Positions 59,293 through 64,000 of a stretch of 64,000 nt of DNA are shown piece after piece. The stretch covers positions 17,161 through 81,160 of the forward strand of contig JBAZOT010000005.1 in NCBI GenBank assembly GCA_041648575.1. Direction: 5' to 3'. Under the pieces are notes generated by a model. It ran no database searches. It saw only the letters and a program-made list of their open reading frames with translations, and was not told the origin of the DNA. Position 1 is the stretch's first letter, and each line of letters begins with the position of its first letter. This DNA comes from Patescibacteria group bacterium (GTDB lineage Bacteria; Patescibacteriota; Patescibacteriia; Veblenbacterales; UBA10138). The position numbers and the translations under genes are program-made.

Positions 59293-59301
59293 CACCTGAT
59301 T
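58841..59301 (+). repeat. Second copy of the 3'-end module
   Basis: See 52421-52881. Confidence 0.92.
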
Positions 59302-59381
59302 TAAAACAAAAAAACAAAACTGTTCCGACTAATTGGAGCAGTTTTGTTATAATTAGGACATAGGCGTTTAGCCTACTCTGC

Positions 59382-59475
59382 GTCATTGCGAGGATCCGCC
59401 AGTTGGCGGAGACGAAGCAATCTTAATAAAACACCAGTACCAACAAGAGATTGCCTCGCTGAAGCTCGCAATGAC
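59382..59475. repeat. RPE-like palindromic element with a nested hairpin
   Basis: GTCATTGCGAG...GAAGCAATCT / AGATTGCCTCG...CTCGCAATGAC; inner TCCGCCAGTTGGCGGA. Confidence 0.75.
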
Positions 59476-59505
59476 ACTAAACGTGTAAATTCTAATAATA
59501 CTAAT

Positions 59506-60123
59506 ATGTATGGATTTAATAAAAGAGAATTGGCGATTTTTAGAAAATTGACTTCTCCGGTCAAAATTCAGGATTATTTAGAAACAATTCCTATAAATTT
59601 TGAAAAAAAAGGTGAAACTTGTATGTCGCCACGGCTAGTGTTGAGGGAATATAAAGCTCATTGTATAGAAGGCGCTATGCTGGCAGCTGTGGCCTTGAGA
59701 TTTTTAGGATATAAACCATTGGTTTTGGATTTAACAGTTTCTGTCCAAGATGATGATCACGTGATTACTGTTTTTAAACGAAATGGTTTATGGGGTGCAA
59801 TTAGTAAAATTAATCATTATGGTTTAAGATATCGTGATCCGGTATTTAGAGATATACGGGAGTTAGTAATGTCTTATTTTAATGAATATTTTATTGAAGA
59901 CGGTAGAAAAATCTTACGCAGTTATTCTTTGCCAGTTGATTTGTCACGTTTTGATAAGAGGGGCTGGATGACGAGTGAGAAAGATGTGTGGTATATTGTA
60001 GGGTATCTGGACCAAGTGAGACATTATCAGGTAGCGACTAAGACGGTTATTAAAAAATTACGATCGGCAGATAAATTAGAAATTAAGGCGAGTTCTTTAG
60101 TGCAGTGGCCGCCAAAAAAATAA
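59506..60123 (+). CDS. Hypothetical transglutaminase-like Cys/His protein
   Basis: AHCIEGA, DDDHV, WGAISK, RYRDPV; start set to the ATG at 59506 because the longer ORF runs through the repeat. Confidence 0.75.
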   Translation: MYGFNKRELAIFRKLTSPVKIQDYLETIPINFEKKGETCMSPRLVLREYKAHCIEGAMLAAVALRFLGYKPLVLDLTVSVQDDDHVITVFKRNGLWGAISKINHYGLRYRDPVFRDIRELVMSYFNEYFIEDGRKILRSYSLPVDLSRFDKRGWMTSEKDVWYIVGYLDQVRHYQVATKTVIKKLRSADKLEIKASSLVQWPPKK

Positions 60124-60126
60124 ATT

Positions 60127-60534
60127 ATGAACCATACACTTAACACTAAAATTGCGCCGTTTAAAGTAAGAATGTTTTATTTCGCCTTAGCTTTGCTTTC
60201 AATTATTGCTTACCGCAGCATAATTGTTCTTAATAATTTTAGCGGATTTTGGGTGTCGTTTGCTTGGTATTTAGGCACCATTACTGTAACTATATATTAT
60301 ATTCACAGATATCAAATATCTAAAAAACGTTTAGCGATTATTAAACAATATAAATTAGATGAAAAGGTGGAGTTACTAAGCGCTTTGGGTGTTCATGATA
60401 AAGAGGCACTGCATTATTTATTAGAATCATTAGAATCTTCAACCGAAAGGTGGAATTATTTATTTACATTTTCTACAACAATTCTAGCTTTAATTGCTGG
60501 TATTATTATTGATATTATTAATCATTTAAATTAA
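60127..60534 (+). CDS. Hypothetical membrane protein
   Basis: Three hydrophobic segments; tight operon spacing. Confidence 0.7.
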   Translation: MNHTLNTKIAPFKVRMFYFALALLSIIAYRSIIVLNNFSGFWVSFAWYLGTITVTIYYIHRYQISKKRLAIIKQYKLDEKVELLSALGVHDKEALHYLLESLESSTERWNYLFTFSTTILALIAGIIIDIINHLN

Positions 60535-61281
60535 ATGGTTTGGTTATACACCTTAACTAGCGTTTTTATAATAAGTTTAGCTTCATTTGTTGGTTTGCTG
60601 ACCCTGTCTTTACGTCTAGATCAGCTAAAAAAATTATTGTTTTTTTTAATTAGTTTTGCCGCAGGTGCTTTATTGGGTGATACTTTTTTGCATATATTTC
60701 CAGAGTTGATAGCAGAATCTGGTTTTACCATTAGCTTGGCTTTTTATTTATTATTTTCCATAATATTATTTTTTATTTTGGAAAGATTTATTCGCTGGCA
60801 TCATTATCATCATGTAGAAGAAAAAGACCAGCACCCAGTTGGTTATTTAAATTTAGTTGGCGACGGTTTTCATAATTTTATTGACGGGATGATTATTGGC
60901 GCCTCTTATTTAGTAAGCATACCTTTGGGTTTAGCCACTACTTTGGCAGTGTTATTTCACGAATTACCTCAGGAAATTGGAGATTTTGCCATTTTGTTGC
61001 ATAGCGGTTTTAGTAAAAGAAAGGCATTATTTTTTAATTTCCTTTCTGCTTTATTGGCGGTATTAGGGGCGGTATTGATATTATGGCTAGGGGCTGGTAT
61101 AGGGGTGAAGATTACTTCACCGCTGTTAGCGTTAACTGCTGGTGGTTTCATTTATATTGCTACTGTGGATTTAATACCAGAGCTGCATAAAGAATCTAAT
61201 TTAGGCAAATCTTTAATACAGCTTGTTGCCCTATTGTTTGGCATAGGATTAATGGCTTTGTTTTTATTAATCGGTGAGTAA
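60535..61281 (+). CDS. ZIP family metal transporter
   Basis: SFAAGALLGD, HHYHH loop, DGFHNFIDG, HELPQEIGD. Confidence 0.95.
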   Translation: MVWLYTLTSVFIISLASFVGLLTLSLRLDQLKKLLFFLISFAAGALLGDTFLHIFPELIAESGFTISLAFYLLFSIILFFILERFIRWHHYHHVEEKDQHPVGYLNLVGDGFHNFIDGMIIGASYLVSIPLGLATTLAVLFHELPQEIGDFAILLHSGFSKRKALFFNFLSALLAVLGAVLILWLGAGIGVKITSPLLALTAGGFIYIATVDLIPELHKESNLGKSLIQLVALLFGIGLMALFLLIGE

Positions 61282-61413
61282 AAGTTTCAAAAAAATTAAG
61301 ATCTTGACAAAAAATGTATTTTTGCTATTATTAAAAATTAAAATAAAATTATAATAATTGTACTTTTCAATCAAAAAAATTAAAGTTCTCTTTAGAGAGA
61401 AAGGAGAGTATTT

Positions 61414-62040
61414 GTGTCAAAATCAGCATATTTTGAGTTGATAGAGCAGACAGGATCAGAGATGAGGGGACGGCACATATTACCGATCAATCGTGAAACT
61501 ATCATGCATCCAATTACGATGGAGGCTATGGATGATGAAAAAAGGGTTAATCGGAAGAATCCTTGTATTGTTCTTTTGGAACCAGGGATGCACCTTACTC
61601 ATTTGCGGGCTGGTACGTTGCTTGATTGGTTTGATGACAAGGCAGATGACATGTCCAGTAGCGGACCTAATGGTGGTTGTGTTTTTCCTGTAATTCCATT
61701 CTCAAAATGCCATGCGGCTTTTCCGCGGCATAAGGAGCAGTTAGCTGTTTTTTGTATGCTAGATGAAGATATGTTTTTTATTTCACCTAGCGGTCAAACA
61801 ATCGTTATTAGAAACAGCGAACCATTGGGTTCTTTGTTCGATAATATTGTAGGTGACAGCGCTGTGTTGTCTTCGTCGGTTGTTAAGTTGGTTAATAGTG
61901 GTGATGTTTTGCTAAATTGTGTTGGTATGAATCATCGCTGTCATCCTAAGCATTCCAAAGAGGTTTTTCCTAGGAAAGTAGTTAAACAACGGTTGATTCG
62001 ACAAGAAAGAATTCAATCTCTTAGACAAAAACTCCCCTAA
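61414..62040 (+). CDS. Hypothetical protein (ORFan)
   Basis: TTGACA promoter near 61304, AAGGAG SD, terminator GCCATCAACA..TGTTGGTGGC plus T-run. Confidence 0.65.
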   Translation: MSKSAYFELIEQTGSEMRGRHILPINRETIMHPITMEAMDDEKRVNRKNPCIVLLEPGMHLTHLRAGTLLDWFDDKADDMSSSGPNGGCVFPVIPFSKCHAAFPRHKEQLAVFCMLDEDMFFISPSGQTIVIRNSEPLGSLFDNIVGDSAVLSSSVVKLVNSGDVLLNCVGMNHRCHPKHSKEVFPRKVVKQRLIRQERIQSLRQKLP

Positions 62041-62131
62041 ATCGGAGGTAAAAATACCAAACCCGCTTTGAAGCCATCAACATTCCTGTTGGTGGCTCTT
62101 TTTTAATATTTTAGTTAAAGTATAAGCGTAT

Positions 62132-63148
62132 ATGACAAATTATTTCTGGGGTCTAATACTATTTATTTTATCTTGGGTTTTTCCTCAGCCAGTTGATTTT
62201 GGTAATGAAATTATTAATCGTCCGCCTGATGAGGTAAAGGCGGTTTATGTTACCTCATATTCCGCACGTTCAGAGCGTATGGATGAGTTAATTCAACTAA
62301 TAGATGGTACAGAATTAAATGCTGTGGTAATAAATTTTAAAGAACCAAGTGACATATAAAATTGGTCAGGTTTGGGAGAGTTAATTTTAAAATTACAACA
62401 GAAAAATATTTGGACCATTGCTCGTATAGTAGTTTTTCAGGATGATGACTGGCCATTGCGAGACTCTGCCGTAGTTTTAAAATCGGCAGGGGGTGGATTA
62501 TGGCGCGATGGCGGTGGAAGGCTATGGTTAGATCCAGCTGCTCGGGAGGTTTGGCAATACAATGCCGAAGTTTCTAAGCAAGCCTTGGCTTTAGGATTTG
62601 ATGAAATTAATTTGGATTATATCCGTTTTCCTTCTGATGGTGTAGTTAGTAATATTAAATATCCGGTTTGGGATAGACAGCAAAGCAAAGAACAGATAAT
62701 TGCCGAATTTGCCCATTGGATTGTAAATGATATAAAAAAATTTAAGCCCCACGCTATAGTGTCAGCGGATTTATTTGCATTTAGTTTTGTGCAGGATTGG
62801 GATTTAGATATTGGTCAGCGGCTTAGTTTGCTAGCGCAGGATTTTGATGTATTAGCGCCGATGGTTTATCCTTCGCATTATAGTTCAGGAAATTTTGGTT
62901 TTACTAATCCAGCCGAGCATCCTAAGGAAGTGGTAAAGGAAACTTTGAATAAAGGTAAAGAAATTTTAGGAGATAGCCAAGTAATTATTAGGCCCTGGCT
63001 TCAAGATTTTAATATGGGCGCGCAATATACAGCCCCAATGGTGCGGGCACAAATTCAAGCAATTCAAGAATCAGGTTATAATTCAGGATGGATGTTATGG
63101 AATCCAGCTAATAAATATACAACCCAAGTTTTATATGCAAATCCTTAA
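62132..63148 (+). pseudogene. Putative glycoside hydrolase (DUF4015-like) interrupted by an in-frame TAA
   Basis: Both ORFs share one frame (..KEPSDI*NWSGLGEL..); LNAVVI.K, IARIVVFQD, GFDEINLDYIRFP, PMVYPSHY, RPWLQDF. Confidence 0.8.
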
Positions 63149-63470
63149 CGAAGGAATCGAGCTGCTTTATACCAGGGAATGCCATAATTGGCAGCAGACG
63201 TTACAAAATCTAAAACAGGCACTGGAAATGGAAAAGGTTAAAGAACAGCCCAAAATAATTATCATGGATACCATGGAACAGGTTTATGCTTATAATTTTT
63301 TTGGGTCGCCCACCATTCACATTAATGGCCAGGACGTTGATCCCCGGGTGCGTCGCACTGGTAAGCGTGGTTTAGGTACAGATCGTCCTTATTTTTATCA
63401 AAGACGAAGTTGGGCTTTTCCTTCGGTAGAAATGATTAGAAAGGCCATTAAAGAGCTATATTATCTTTGA
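63135..63470 (+). CDS. Thioredoxin-fold protein (DUF2703-like)
   Basis: ELLY..CHN, F.GSPTI.ING.D. Confidence 0.65.
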   Translation: MQILNEGIELLYTRECHNWQQTLQNLKQALEMEKVKEQPKIIIMDTMEQVYAYNFFGSPTIHINGQDVDPRVRRTGKRGLGTDRPYFYQRRSWAFPSVEMIRKAIKELYYL

Positions 63471-63528
63471 GGGTTAAAATTTTTTTTGACAAGTTTTAAA
63501 AGCAACGTTAATCTTAATATATAACAAT

Positions 63529-64000
63529 ATGACTTTAGAACAACTTTTTATCGAAGCCAAAGAAGCGGGCGCTTCTGATCTCCATTTAGTGGTTGGTAGA
63601 CCGCCGATTATTCGTTTACATGGTGAATTGAAACCATTAAATTATCCGGAAATGACGCCTAAGAAAATCGAGGAGCTAGTAATGGTTTTATTAAATCCGG
63701 CGCAGAAAGATAAGTTTTTAAAACTGTTAGATTTGGATATTTCTTATCAAGTCAAGGATTTAACTCGTTTTAGGATAAATCTTCATTTTGAAAGGGGTAA
63801 TATTGGTATGGTGGCTAGGGTAATTCCTTCGCAGATTCCCACCATGGAAGAAATTGAAATGCCGCCAGTGGTTTATGATGTAATACGTATGGATTATGGG
63901 TTGATTTTAGTTACTGGCCCCACTGGTTGTGGTAAATCTACTAGCTTGGCAGCAATGATTGATTTAATCAATCATGAGCGAACAGCTAACATTATAACTT
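63529..64000 (+). CDS. pilT: Type IV pilus retraction ATPase PilT (5' part, truncated by the window)
   Basis: GASDLHL..G.PP..R..G.L; GLILVTGPTGCGKSTSLAAMID. Confidence 0.92.
   Translation, partial: MTLEQLFIEAKEAGASDLHLVVGRPPIIRLHGELKPLNYPEMTPKKIEELVMVLLNPAQKDKFLKLLDLDISYQVKDLTRFRINLHFERGNIGMVARVIPSQIPTMEEIEMPPVVYDVIRMDYGLILVTGPTGCGKSTSLAAMIDLINHERTANIIT

Noticed and set aside
1-64000. CRISPR array, rRNA genes or IS transposases
   Set aside because: No regularly spaced direct repeats, rRNA-like blocks or transposase ORFs were seen.

Overview
A low-GC bacterial chromosomal segment spanning the replication origin (yidC-yidD-rnpA-rpmH | dnaA-dnaN, two parS palindromes about 8 kb to the left, and a visible shift from C-rich to G-rich + strand near dnaA/dnaN). 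Gene content and style suggest a Patescibacteria/CPR genome; this is an inference. Housekeeping genes include hppA, nusA, rnhB, gdhA, trxAB, a class A PBP, tyrS, comM, lspA, pnp, rpsO, a Xer recombinase and pilT. There are five tRNAs, a LexA/UmuD plus Y-family polymerase cassette, and two giant modular surface proteins sharing a near-identical C-terminal module. The most notable unexplained signals are: (1) a ~390-nt highly structured, ORF-less unit with its own promoter and terminator (34260-34650); (2) a ~130-nt rod-shaped candidate RNA beside the parS sites; (3) an integrase-free tandem array of accessory genes at the tRNA-His 3' end, punctuated by recurring tRNA-end/terminator and CCCTAATGGGA motifs; (4) duplicated gene ends flanking small palindromic inserts (hppA 3' end recoded synonymously, tRNA-Arg 5' end); (5) several dispersed palindromic repeat families; and (6) three genes broken by single lesions. 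All calls come from reading the sequence by eye; no database searches or folding programs were run.
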